From Actinomycetota bacterium (lineage in GTDB: Bacteria > Actinomycetota > Aquicultoria > Subteraquimicrobiales > UBA9087), in NCBI GenBank assembly GCA_030019215.1, contig JASEEZ010000003.1:12109-76108 (forward strand): a stretch of DNA of 64,000 bases. Reading direction: 5' to 3'. The number at the start of each line of letters is the position of its first letter. Position 1 is the stretch's first letter. The notes under the pieces are model-generated. The model did no database searches, was not told the origin of the DNA, and worked only from the letters and a program-made list of their open reading frames with translations. Both the position numbers and the translations under genes were made by a program. Positions 49,794-58,720 of the stretch are shown here, piece after piece.

Positions 49794-50043
49794 CTTTTAC
49801 CTCAGCTAGTAATTCTTCCCAGGAGACAGAGGGCTCTTTTCTTGCCTCTTCGATAAAGGTTTTAAACTTTGGGTTATCCATGGAGAGAATTAAATTCTCA
49901 AGTTCCTCTTCGTCAACGGCAGTAAGTCTTGCGACCGGTCTCCCCCGTAGGGTTATAATATAACCCTTTACTTTGCCTGCTCGAAGCGATCTTAAGATGA
50001 GTGAAGCTTGGCTTTTTAGTTCCTTTACTCCAATAACTGGCAT
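49756..50043 (-). CDS. type II antitoxin, Phd/YefM family
   Basis: 'MPVIGVKELKSQASLILRSL...GYIITLRGRPVARL' Phd/YefM pattern. Start taken at MPVIG. Confidence 0.65.
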   Translation of the reverse strand: MPVIGVKELKSQASLILRSLRAGKVKGYIITLRGRPVARLTAVDEEELENLILSMDNPKFKTFIEEARKEPSVSWEELLAEVKGEKVQTRSKKAS

Positions 50044-50045
50044 AC

Positions 50046-50118
50046 CATACCCCTTAGTGGTCAATTAAGTAACCACTTTATTTTTACATCAGAAATTTTG
50101 TTTGTCAAGTGGTAACTC
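50046..50118 (-). promoter_or_regulatory. toxin-antitoxin promoter (TTGACA-16-TAAAAAT on the minus strand) overlapped by an imperfect inverted repeat GTTACCACTT/AAGTGGTTAC, a probable autoregulation operator
   Basis: Read on the minus strand: AGTTACCACTTGACAAACAAAATTTCTGATGTAAAAATAAAGTGGTTAC. Confidence 0.45.
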
Positions 50119-51148
50119 ATAGCGAGGTCTGTATCAAATCTTCTACTTTACCTTTCAGTCCCGAGGAGACGTGGACCTTTCCGTCCGAGGTAACGAGCAC
50201 TCCTTCGATATCCCTGGTTTGTTCAATGAATTTCATCCCCCTGGGATAGCCCATTACGAAGATGGCCGTGGAGAGGATGTCCGCCTCCGCACAACTACGG
50301 CCGGTCACGACCGTCACGCTCATCACGCCACCGGCGGGTCTACCGGTCTTCGGGTCGAGGATGTGGTGGTAGCGTTTTCCATTCTTGATAAAATATTGCT
50401 GGTAGTCCCCCGAGGTGCTCACGCTCTTGTTCACCAGGCTCAAAATCCCGATGGTCTGCCCGCTCTTTCGAGGGTGCTCTATGCCGATCCTCCAGGGCTC
50501 GCCGTCGGGCTTGGAACCCCGGACCCTGGTGGTGCTCCCCGTGGTTATCAGGGCCTGGGTCACCCCCCTTTTCTTTAATGACTCTATAGCCTTGTCTGCG
50601 GCGTATCCCTTGGCCACTCCTCCGAGGTCGATCATCATCCCGGGCCTTTTGAGCAAGACGGTTTTGGTCTTCTCATCGATTTTGATATCTTTCAGGTCGA
50701 ACAAGGGTAAAATCCCGTCTATTTCACTCTGTCTTGGGAGCCGCGGATTCTCACCGAATTTCCAGAGCGGAATCAGAGGACCCACGGCAATGTTGAAGGT
50801 TCCCCCCGTCTCCTCCCCGTAAGATTTACTCAAAGAGATCACCGCGAGGACTTCGTCGGACACTTCGACTGCCTTCTTTCCCGCCGCCCGATTTATCTTC
50901 GAAATCTCGCTCTTTGGGTCGAAGAAGTTCATCGAGTCCTCCACTTTTCTCACCTCGGCCATGGCTTCGTCCACAGCTTTCTCAACTCGGGCTTTGCTAT
51001 CTCCGTAGGCCTTGATTTTAACGAAGGTGTCCAGGAGTATCTCTTCTCTGACGAAGGGCTCTCCGGTATAGCCCCGGTTTTGGGTCGTCCACAGGATGAC
51101 CCCCAAGCCGATGAGCAGGATGGCAATCCAAATCCACTTCGGTTTCAT
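50117..51148 (-). CDS. apbE: FAD:protein FMN transferase (ApbE family)
   Basis: 343 aa. N-terminal signal/TM. 'LGGVAKGYAADKA', 'SGDYQQYFI..GKRYHHILDPKTG' ApbE motifs. Confidence 0.8.
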   Translation of the reverse strand: MKPKWIWIAILLIGLGVILWTTQNRGYTGEPFVREEILLDTFVKIKAYGDSKARVEKAVDEAMAEVRKVEDSMNFFDPKSEISKINRAAGKKAVEVSDEVLAVISLSKSYGEETGGTFNIAVGPLIPLWKFGENPRLPRQSEIDGILPLFDLKDIKIDEKTKTVLLKRPGMMIDLGGVAKGYAADKAIESLKKRGVTQALITTGSTTRVRGSKPDGEPWRIGIEHPRKSGQTIGILSLVNKSVSTSGDYQQYFIKNGKRYHHILDPKTGRPAGGVMSVTVVTGRSCAEADILSTAIFVMGYPRGMKFIEQTRDIEGVLVTSDGKVHVSSGLKGKVEDLIQTSL

Positions 51149-51234
51149 GTTCTCTCCTTGCCCAGGTTAAGGCGGCCAGTATAAGTAGTATAATTAAACC
51201 ACAATTTTGCCGGGGAGTCTCAAGATCGGAGACG

Positions 51235-51876
51235 ATGGCAGAGATGCTTGAGTTGGTCAAGATATTTACCGCCGCTCTGGGGATAGCCTTTTCCGGAGCG
51301 ATGGTTCCCGGGCCCCTGCTCACCGTGACCATATTTGAATCGGCGCGCAGGGGATCTGGAGCGGGCTTTCTCATAGTGGTTGGACACGCCGCGCTCGAAC
51401 TGGTCCTGGTGATCGGTTTTCTCTTCGGGTTGCAAAGGTTTTTGGGAAATCCCTTTGTGGTCAGGGCGATTGGGGTAGTCGGCGGGGTTTTCCTTCTCTG
51501 GATGGGCTTTGGCATGTTGCGGGGATATGCGCGCCGGGTGGTCTTGAACCTCGACGGCGACGAGAAAAAAATTCGGCTGGGTCCATTTGCCGAGGGCATC
51601 GTCGTCAGTCTCTCCAATCCCTACTGGACCATCTGGTGGATCACGATCGGCCTTGCCTTGGCCATTTACTCCTTGAAATACGGACTTCTGGGGTTGAGTG
51701 TCTTTTACGTGGGCCACATCCTGGGGGATTTTATCTGGTACGGGTTGGTCATCGCTGGGGTGGTCTCCGGGAGGCGTTTCTTGAGCGATAGGGTCTATCG
51801 GGCAATTTTGCTCGTCTGCGGTCTTTTCTTGATTCTCCTGGCGGTCTGTTTTATCCTCGGCCTCAAGTTATTTTAA
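51235..51876 (+). CDS. LysE/RhtB-family amino acid efflux transporter
   Basis: 213 aa, 6 TM helices. 'GIAFSGAMVPGPLLTVTI' N-terminal motif. Confidence 0.7.
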   Translation: MAEMLELVKIFTAALGIAFSGAMVPGPLLTVTIFESARRGSGAGFLIVVGHAALELVLVIGFLFGLQRFLGNPFVVRAIGVVGGVFLLWMGFGMLRGYARRVVLNLDGDEKKIRLGPFAEGIVVSLSNPYWTIWWITIGLALAIYSLKYGLLGLSVFYVGHILGDFIWYGLVIAGVVSGRRFLSDRVYRAILLVCGLFLILLAVCFILGLKLF

Positions 51877-51995
51877 ATGTCGATTTTTGCCACCGACGGG
51901 GTTATAATTAGGGTGCTAAACGATGAGTCGAATTGTTGCCCCGGCATTTTCACTGAGCCAGGATGATCGGGGAGTGGATGGCGAGGGGATCGGCT

Positions 51996-52961
51996 ATGCC
52001 GAAAATAGGGGTACCTCGGGCCCTTCTCTATTATAAGTACTTCCCCCTCTGGAAGACTTTCTTTGAGGGATTGGGGGCGGAGGTTGTGGTATCTCCCCCC
52101 ACCAACAAGCGTATCTTGAATCTGGGGACGGAGACGGCGGAAAGCGAGGCTTGTCTCCCGGTGAAGGTCTTCTATGGCCACGCACTAGCGCTCAAAGGGG
52201 AGGTGGATGCGCTCTTTGTTCCCCGCGTGGTGAGTGTGGAGGGGAAGGCCTATACCTGCCCGAAGTTTCTGGGGCTTCCCGACATGATCAAGGCCCTCGA
52301 CGATGATTTGCCGCCCGTGCTGGGCACCACCTTTAACCTCCGCCAGGGCTGGCGAAGGTTTTTTGCCTCTATTTATGAGCTTGGAAGCCATCTCACGAGA
52401 AATCCCTTAAAGATATTGCGGGCTTTCTATAATGGTGCCAGGGAGCTCAAGATATTCGACCAAAAACTGCGCGAAGGTTCTCTCGTCCCTGAGGCATTGG
52501 GCGAGACCGACTTCAAAAATCTTGCTAATCCCACCCTCACTATAGGGGTTGTTGGTCATCCCTACAACATCTTCGATTCCTATGTGAGCATGAATCTCGT
52601 AAAGCGCCTGCACAGGCGAGGGGCGAAAGTTCTTACCCCCGAGATGGTTCCCCCGGAGGCGATCGAGGAGAGCATCTCCTCACTCCCAAAGAGTCTCTTC
52701 TGGACCTACGAGAAGGACGTTGTGGGAGCGATCTTTTATTGGCTCGAGAACAATATGGTCAATGGCATTATCTATATGATCTCCTTCGCCTGCGGACCCG
52801 ACTCTCTCATCCAGGTTTTGGTGGAACAGGAGGCGAGAAAGATATCACCCGTGCCCTTGATGCCTTTGGTCATCGATGAGCACAGTGGCGAAGCTGGCCT
52901 GGTCACGCGTCTGGAGGCCTTTCTGGATATGATCGATCGGAAGAGGGCGAGGGTCCATTGA
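51996..52961 (+). CDS. DUF2229 (CoA-enzyme activase-associated) domain protein, first of two
   Basis: 'MPKIGVPRALLYYKYFPLWKTFFEGLGAEVVVS' is the typical DUF2229 N-terminus. GAGGGGA 7 nt before ATG 51996. Confidence 0.65.
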   Translation: MPKIGVPRALLYYKYFPLWKTFFEGLGAEVVVSPPTNKRILNLGTETAESEACLPVKVFYGHALALKGEVDALFVPRVVSVEGKAYTCPKFLGLPDMIKALDDDLPPVLGTTFNLRQGWRRFFASIYELGSHLTRNPLKILRAFYNGARELKIFDQKLREGSLVPEALGETDFKNLANPTLTIGVVGHPYNIFDSYVSMNLVKRLHRRGAKVLTPEMVPPEAIEESISSLPKSLFWTYEKDVVGAIFYWLENNMVNGIIYMISFACGPDSLIQVLVEQEARKISPVPLMPLVIDEHSGEAGLVTRLEAFLDMIDRKRARVH

Positions 52962-54046
52962 AGGTGACCTTCCCTCACATGGGAACGATAGATTCACTGC
53001 TTTCCGATCTCTTCACTCGCCTGGAGATCGATTTCCTCGTGCCCCCAAAGACCTCGACGAAGACGATAAGTTTGGGGGCGAGGTATGCCCCGGAGTTTGC
53101 CTGTTTTCCTCTTAAGGTCAACATCGGAAATCTTATCGAGGGACTGGATCTGGGAGCGGATACCGTGGCTATGGTTGGGGGGTTGGGTCCCTGTCGCTTT
53201 GGTTTCTATGCCGAGGTTCAAAATAGAGTCCTTCGCGATATTGGATACGATTTCGAGATGATCGTCCTGGAGCCGCCCGCCATCGGGATGAAGATTTTCC
53301 TGGAGAGATGTCGGAGGTTGGCGCCGAAGAAATCACTCTGGCAGATCTTCCAGGCGGTTAGGATTGGCTGGAAGAAGGCCGTCGCCGTTGACGAGGTGGA
53401 AAAGAGGGTCTTGCAGACCAGGGCTTTTGAGAGGAAAAAGGGTGATACCACAAGAGCTCATCGCAGGGCTCTGAAAGTTCTCAGCGAAGCTGTGACGGCG
53501 GAGGAAATTCGGTCTGCCCGCGAGGAGGCCCTGGCCATCATCGATTCCGTGGAGAGAAGGGAACAAGATTCTCTTCGGGTGGGCATAGTTGGTGAGTTTT
53601 ATATCCTCCTTGAACCTTTTGTGAATTTTGGCATCGAGGAGTATTTGGGGAACGAGGGTATTTATCTTGAGCGCTCGGTTTATCTGACGGATTGGCTCAA
53701 TCCCGGTGGGAAGAAACCGGTTTTTGGCACGACCAGGGAGAAGATCCATCACGCGGCCGAACCCTATCTCGCTCATTTCGTTGGCGGGGAAGGGCAGGAT
53801 ACCATCGGGCACATAGTGGAGTGGGCGCGGGAGGGCTTCGATGGAATAATTCACTTCCTCCCCTTTACCTGCATGCCGGAGATAATCGCCAAAAGTATTT
53901 TCCCCAAAATTGACAGGGAGCTGGATATTCCCATTCTCTCCCTCGTCATCGATGAGCAAACGGGAAGGGCCGGGGTCATCACCCGCCTGGAAGCTTTCAT
54001 CGATTTGATGAGGAACAAGAGAAAGAAACGGCTGGTGGCCAGCTGA
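52958..54046 (+). CDS. DUF2229 domain protein, second copy
   Basis: 'FPHMGTIDSLLSDLFTRLEIDFLVPPKTSTKTISLGARYAPEFACFPLKV'. Overlapping start/stop with the upstream DUF2229 gene. Confidence 0.65.
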   Translation: MKVTFPHMGTIDSLLSDLFTRLEIDFLVPPKTSTKTISLGARYAPEFACFPLKVNIGNLIEGLDLGADTVAMVGGLGPCRFGFYAEVQNRVLRDIGYDFEMIVLEPPAIGMKIFLERCRRLAPKKSLWQIFQAVRIGWKKAVAVDEVEKRVLQTRAFERKKGDTTRAHRRALKVLSEAVTAEEIRSAREEALAIIDSVERREQDSLRVGIVGEFYILLEPFVNFGIEEYLGNEGIYLERSVYLTDWLNPGGKKPVFGTTREKIHHAAEPYLAHFVGGEGQDTIGHIVEWAREGFDGIIHFLPFTCMPEIIAKSIFPKIDRELDIPILSLVIDEQTGRAGVITRLEAFIDLMRNKRKKRLVAS

Positions 54047-54061
54047 CAGATGCTGGGTGTC

Positions 54062-54200
54062 CAGAGGCCAGGGTTCAGGGACGAGGGACGAAGGACGAAT
54101 AACGAGGAAAGCAGAGAGCAGGGAGCAGAGAGCGTAGAGGCAAAAGATTTTTCTCTAAGCTCTAAGCTCCGAGCTCTAAGCTCCAAGGAACCAGGAACAA
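54062..54200. repeat. ~135 bp repeat element, copy B (inverted relative to copy A at 39078-39215)
   Basis: The reverse complement aligns at about 95% identity with 39078-39215. Confidence 0.7.
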
Positions 54201-54258
54201 GAAACCAATCATCCGACCTCCGTCATCCGACATCCGGCAGAGTGAGGAGGAAGAAAGA

Positions 54259-55245
54259 ATGGAGGGCTATCTCGGGGTCGACGTTGGCTCCGTCAGCACG
54301 AATCTCGTGATCATGGACGAGAAAGACGATCTTTTGGCCTATGTTTATCGGCGCACGATGGGTCAGCCAATAGTCGCCGTTCAGGAGGGGCTGAAGGAGC
54401 TTGAGGAAAAGCTCCCCGCATCGGTTGAGGTTCGAGGGGCGGGTACGACTGGAAGTGCCCGGTATTTGAGCGGGGTCATCGCCGGAGCCGACATCGTCAA
54501 AAACGAGATCACAGCCCACGCGGTGGCCGCCAGTCACGTTGTTCCCGATGCCCAAACCGTTCTGGAGATCGGGGGGCAGGACTCCAAACTCATCATCATC
54601 CGCGAGGGGGTAGTCGTTGATTTCGCCATGAATACCGTTTGTGCGGCCGGAACTGGTTCCTTTCTGGACCATCAAGCTGCGAGACTGGGTATTCCCATCG
54701 AGGAGTTTGGTTCCTATGCTCTGAAATCGAAGTCGGCAGCGCAAATCGCCGGGAGGTGCACCGTCTTCGCCGAATCCGACATGATTCACAAGCAGCAAAT
54801 AGGATACCGGTTGGAGGATATCATCTACGGATTGTGCCAGGCCCTTGTCCGGAATTACCTGAACAATTTGGCCAAAGGAAAGGAAATTTTATCTCCCGTC
54901 GTCTTTCAAGGTGGGGTAGCTGCCAATCTTGGTATCCGGAGAGCTTTTGGGGAGGCTCTGGAGAGCGAGATAGTCGTTCCCGAATATTATCACGTGATGG
55001 GAGCCATCGGTGCTGCACTTTTGGCCAAGGAAGCTGTAGAAGGAAGGACCGCTCCCTCCAATTTCAAGGGCTTCTCCGCTGCGGAGATAAAATATGAAAC
55101 TAGCAGTTTTCACTGCAAGGGCTGTTCCAATAACTGTGAGATCGTGAAGATTGAAGTTGGGGGAAGGGTGCTCGCTCGCTGGGGTGGGCGTTGTGGTAAG
55201 TGGGAAGTAGAGCAGGTTGAGGAAGCTGTTGCCGGACCCATCTAG
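54259..55245 (+). CDS. BadF/BadG/BcrA/BcrD-type ATPase (CoA-substrate-specific enzyme activase, HgdC-like)
   Basis: 'LGVDVGSVSTNLVIMDE', 'GAGTTGSARYLSG' and 'VCAAGTGSFL' ASKHA-fold activase motifs. Confidence 0.75.
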   Translation: MEGYLGVDVGSVSTNLVIMDEKDDLLAYVYRRTMGQPIVAVQEGLKELEEKLPASVEVRGAGTTGSARYLSGVIAGADIVKNEITAHAVAASHVVPDAQTVLEIGGQDSKLIIIREGVVVDFAMNTVCAAGTGSFLDHQAARLGIPIEEFGSYALKSKSAAQIAGRCTVFAESDMIHKQQIGYRLEDIIYGLCQALVRNYLNNLAKGKEILSPVVFQGGVAANLGIRRAFGEALESEIVVPEYYHVMGAIGAALLAKEAVEGRTAPSNFKGFSAAEIKYETSSFHCKGCSNNCEIVKIEVGGRVLARWGGRCGKWEVEQVEEAVAGPI

Positions 55246-55274
55246 TCTCAATGAGAATGGGAATGAGAGGACAA

Positions 55275-55314
55275 GGGGTGCCCCGATGAACATCGGGGCA
55301 CCCCTTTACTTTAT
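55275..55314 (+). terminator. intrinsic terminator after the activase gene
   Basis: GGGGTGCCCCGATG-AA-CATCGGGGCACCCC followed by TTTACTTTAT. Confidence 0.7.
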
Positions 55315-55667
55315 CCGGTGCGGACTTTCGTGTTTTAAAGCTACAGGCAAACAATTAATTTTGCAAAGGCTAGACCTCCAAAAACACGCAGTTGTCTGCC
55401 CCAGCGAAGCGAGCTTTGCGGGGCTGCTCGGCTCTCGGCCTCGCTCCCCGCCTTCGGCGGGACCGTGCCCGCTCGGCCTCTGAGACGGTTTTCTTGAGGT
55501 CTAACCTTTGCCTTGGTCAAATCTTCGGTTGTTTGCGACGAATGAGTGAGTTTTCTTGCCTGAGAACACAAACGTTTTGTCTTGTCTTTATCTTAGATAG
55601 CGATCGCGAGTTGACTTTTAATGAGGCGAACTGTAAAAATTAGGAACAGCGGCTTAAAAAGAGGTGC

Positions 55668-56576
55668 TTGGTGTTCAAGATCGTTAAAAAAGAAGAACTC
55701 ACCGCCGATGTTTACCTGATCGAGTTGGAAGCCCCCGACATTGCCAGGAAAGCACAGCCTGGTCAGTTCATCGTGCTTCGCATCGGCGAGCGAGGCGAGC
55801 GCATCCCTCTGACCATCGCCGATTTTGACCGGGCAAAAGGAACGATTTCCATCCTCTTTCTGGTGGTTGGTAAGTCCACCAGGTGGCTTTCCGATCTCCG
55901 GGCCGGGGATCACCTTGTTGATGTCAGCGGTCCACTGGGCAAACCGAGTGAGATAGAAAGGGTGGGGACCGTCCTTTGTGCTGGTGGTGGAGTGGGGATA
56001 GGTGCCATTCATCCAATTGCCCGAGCCTTTCGCGAGGCGGGCAACCGTGTCATCGTGGTCATGGGTTTCCGCAGCAAAGACCTCATCGTCTTCGAGGATG
56101 AGATGAGGGCAGTCTGCGACGAGTTTCATATCTGCACCGACGATGGTTCCCGCGGTTTTAAGGGTTTCGTAGCCCAGTTGGTCGACAAAATTCTTAAAGA
56201 AGACGAGGTCGATCTAGTCTATGCCATTGGCCCCACGATGATGATGCGCACCGTCTGTGATACCACTCGGCCTCACAGGATAAAAACTGTGGTTAGCCTG
56301 AACCCAGTTATGGTGGATGGTACGGGGATGTGTGGTTCTTGCCGGGTCTCGGTGGGTGGAAAGACTAAGTTCTGCTGTGTGGACGGCCCCGAGTTCGATG
56401 GCCAGCAGGTGGACTTTGACCTGCTCATGGCCAGACAAAAAATTTATCTAGAAGAAGAGAAACTATCGATGGAGCGATATGAAGCAAAAGGGGAAGGACG
56501 AAGGGCGAAGTCCGAAAGGCGAGTGAAGGACGAAAAGCGAAAAGCGGAGGGCGAGTGTCGAAAAGTGAAGAGTTGA
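55668..56576 (+). CDS. nfnA: NfnA/SudB-type ferredoxin-NADP+ reductase small subunit (FAD/NAD-binding, PyrK-like, [2Fe-2S]); its C-terminal ~30 aa are encoded by a GGACGAAGG-type repeat
   Basis: 'GQFIVLRIGERGERIPLTIA', 'LCAGGGVGIGAIHPIA', 'CGSCRV...C'. The tail 'AKGEGRRAKSERRVKDEKRKAEGECRKVKS' is translated from repeat DNA. Confidence 0.75.
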   Translation: MVFKIVKKEELTADVYLIELEAPDIARKAQPGQFIVLRIGERGERIPLTIADFDRAKGTISILFLVVGKSTRWLSDLRAGDHLVDVSGPLGKPSEIERVGTVLCAGGGVGIGAIHPIARAFREAGNRVIVVMGFRSKDLIVFEDEMRAVCDEFHICTDDGSRGFKGFVAQLVDKILKEDEVDLVYAIGPTMMMRTVCDTTRPHRIKTVVSLNPVMVDGTGMCGSCRVSVGGKTKFCCVDGPEFDGQQVDFDLLMARQKIYLEEEKLSMERYEAKGEGRRAKSERRVKDEKRKAEGECRKVKS

Positions 56577-56577
56577 A

Positions 56578-56964
56578 ATGAAAGATAGATTGGAAAATAA
56601 CGATATCTATCAAAAAGCAGTTGAAATATATAATAAATTTTTGGAAGAGGATTTGGATATTTTGAGGAGAGATTATTGCGGCCGCGAAGTTGGAAAACAG
56701 CTGATATGTAGTTTGGGTTCGATAAGTTCGAATATCGAAGAGGGTTATGGAAGAGGATTCGGTAAAGAGTATATATATTTTTTAAGGGTTGCTCGAGGGT
56801 CGGCGAGGGAAAGCAAAGGTTGGTATCAGCGAAGTAAAAAATTTCTTCCGCCTAAGATTATTGACCAAAGAGTAAAAGCATTGGATGAAATTATTTCTAT
56901 GTTGGTTGTGACTGTAAATAAACTGGAAACAAAAATTCGTCCTTCGTCCCTCGACCTTCCGTGA
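56578..56964 (+). CDS. four-helix-bundle protein (TIGR02436, 23S rRNA intervening-sequence protein family), low-GC insert between nfnA and nfnB
   Basis: 'VGKQLICSLGSISSNIEEGYGRGFGKEYIYFLRVARGSARESKGW' matches the family's GKQLxRSxxSIxxNIAEGYGR...ARGSxxE core. About 35% GC versus about 55% in the neighbours. Flanked by inverted GGACGAAGG / CCTTCGTCC repeats. Confidence 0.75.
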   Translation: MKDRLENNDIYQKAVEIYNKFLEEDLDILRRDYCGREVGKQLICSLGSISSNIEEGYGRGFGKEYIYFLRVARGSARESKGWYQRSKKFLPPKIIDQRVKALDEIISMLVVTVNKLETKIRPSSLDLP

Positions 56965-56979
56965 GAGGTCCGATAATAG

Positions 56980-58407
56980 GTGACGAGAGTTAGGAGCAAT
57001 CGGGGATTGGAGAAATCAAAGAAAGCGATGGTTTTGAAACGTGTGCAAATGCCCGAGCGGGCTCCCGGGGTGCGCGTTACGAATTTCAATGAAGTTGCTC
57101 TGGGTTATTCCCCGGAGCGGGCCATCCAGGAAGCCAGCCGCTGTCTTCAGTGCAAGGATTCTCCCTGCAGGCGAGGTTGCCCGGTGGAAGTAGACATTCC
57201 CGCCTTTGTAAAATGCATCAAGGAAGGGGATTTCACAGGGGCCATTCGCGAGATCAAGAAGAAGAACTTTCTTCCGGCCATCTGTGGACGGGTCTGTCCT
57301 CAAGAAAATCAATGTGAGCGATTCTGTGTCTTGGGTAAGAAAAGGGATCCTCTGACCATCGGGGGACTGGAGAGATTTGCCGCCGACCACGGACGCGACA
57401 AAAACCCACTGGATGAGCCATCGAAACCGAAGCCAACAGTTAAAAGAGTGGCGGTCGTCGGCTCCGGTCCCGCCGGACTCACGGTCGCCGGTGACTTGGC
57501 CAGGGTGGGCCATGAGGTTACCCTTTTTGAGGGACTGCACAAACCCGGTGGGGTTCTGGTCTACGGGATCCCTGAGTTCAGGCTCCCCAAGGAGATCGTC
57601 GAGTTCGAGGTCGACTACGTTAGGCAGCTGGGTGTGGAGATAAAAACCAACGCTGTCATCGGAAAACTCTTCACCATCGATGAACTCTTCAAAAGAGGTT
57701 ATCATGCCATCTTCATTGGGGTGGGGGCGGGCCTTCCGCTGTTCATGGGCATCCCCGGCGAGAATCTCGATGGAGTCTATTCCGCCAACGAATTTCTAAC
57801 CCGCGCGAATCTAATGAAGTCCTATCTGTTCCCGGAATACGATACCCCCATCAAACGTGGCGGGAGGGTGGCGGTTGTCGGCGGGGGAAATGTGGCCGTT
57901 GATGCCGCCCGAGTGGCTCTTCGCCTGGGGGCCGACGAGGTTTACCTCGTCTATCGGCGAGGCGAGGCGGAGATGCCGGCAAGGGCGGAGGAGATACGTC
58001 ATGCCAAAGAGGAGGGAATAATCTTCGAGGTTTTGACCCTCCCGGTTAGGTTGTTGGGGAAGAACGGCTGGGTCTGCGGAATGGAGTGTGTGAGGGTGGA
58101 GTTGGGCGAGCCGGATGAATCAGGACGCCGCCGTCCAATCCCCATCAAAGGCTCGGAGTTCGCCCTCGACGTGGATGTGGTGGTCGTCGCCATCGGGACG
58201 AGGGCAAACCCTCTTCTTCCGAGCACCACCCCGGGTCTGGAGCTCAATGAGCGTGGTTACATTGTTGCCGATGAAGAGACCGGAAGAACGAGCAGGGAGG
58301 GGGTTTTTGCCGGCGGAGATATTGTCACCGGTGCGGCCACGGTGATTTCGGCCATGGGGGCGGGGAGGAAAGCCGCCCGCGCCATCGATGAGTATTTAAA
58401 AAAGTAA
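56980..58407 (+). CDS. nfnB: NfnB/GltD-type NADPH-dependent oxidoreductase large subunit (glutamate synthase small-subunit-like)
   Basis: 'CLQCKDSPCRRGCPVEVDIP', 'VAVVGSGPAGLTVAGDLAR', 'VAVVGGGNVAVDAAR'. GTG at 56980; ATG 57028 is the alternative. Confidence 0.8.
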   Translation: MTRVRSNRGLEKSKKAMVLKRVQMPERAPGVRVTNFNEVALGYSPERAIQEASRCLQCKDSPCRRGCPVEVDIPAFVKCIKEGDFTGAIREIKKKNFLPAICGRVCPQENQCERFCVLGKKRDPLTIGGLERFAADHGRDKNPLDEPSKPKPTVKRVAVVGSGPAGLTVAGDLARVGHEVTLFEGLHKPGGVLVYGIPEFRLPKEIVEFEVDYVRQLGVEIKTNAVIGKLFTIDELFKRGYHAIFIGVGAGLPLFMGIPGENLDGVYSANEFLTRANLMKSYLFPEYDTPIKRGGRVAVVGGGNVAVDAARVALRLGADEVYLVYRRGEAEMPARAEEIRHAKEEGIIFEVLTLPVRLLGKNGWVCGMECVRVELGEPDESGRRRPIPIKGSEFALDVDVVVVAIGTRANPLLPSTTPGLELNERGYIVADEETGRTSREGVFAGGDIVTGAATVISAMGAGRKAARAIDEYLKK

Positions 58408-58487
58408 GCCCGCTGCTTGCTCAAGAAATCCGGGATATTTGTCGATAAATATTAAGACGTCTGGGACCATCTGGGTTAACAAATTTG

Positions 58488-58691
58488 ACTCTTCTCCAAA
58501 AATAGTGGGTGGAACAACTAGGTGCGATGAAGCCTAAAGAGAACTTTAGGATTCAGGGATTCTAGGGGCCAAGGGGTCAAGTGAAAAACACTTGAATCCT
58601 CGAATCCTTGAACCCTCGAACCCTTCTACGTGCAACTCTTTTGAGAAAAGAACAAGATTAAAAGTTTATCCACTAAAAATGGAGAAGAACC
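58488..58691. repeat. ~230 bp repeat element, copy 2 (same termini as 32187-32436)
   Basis: End-to-end alignment with copy 1. Sits directly upstream of the histidine kinase gene. Confidence 0.65.
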
Positions 58692-58720
58692 ATAAATTTG
58701 GATTATTATCGGGGTGAGAA

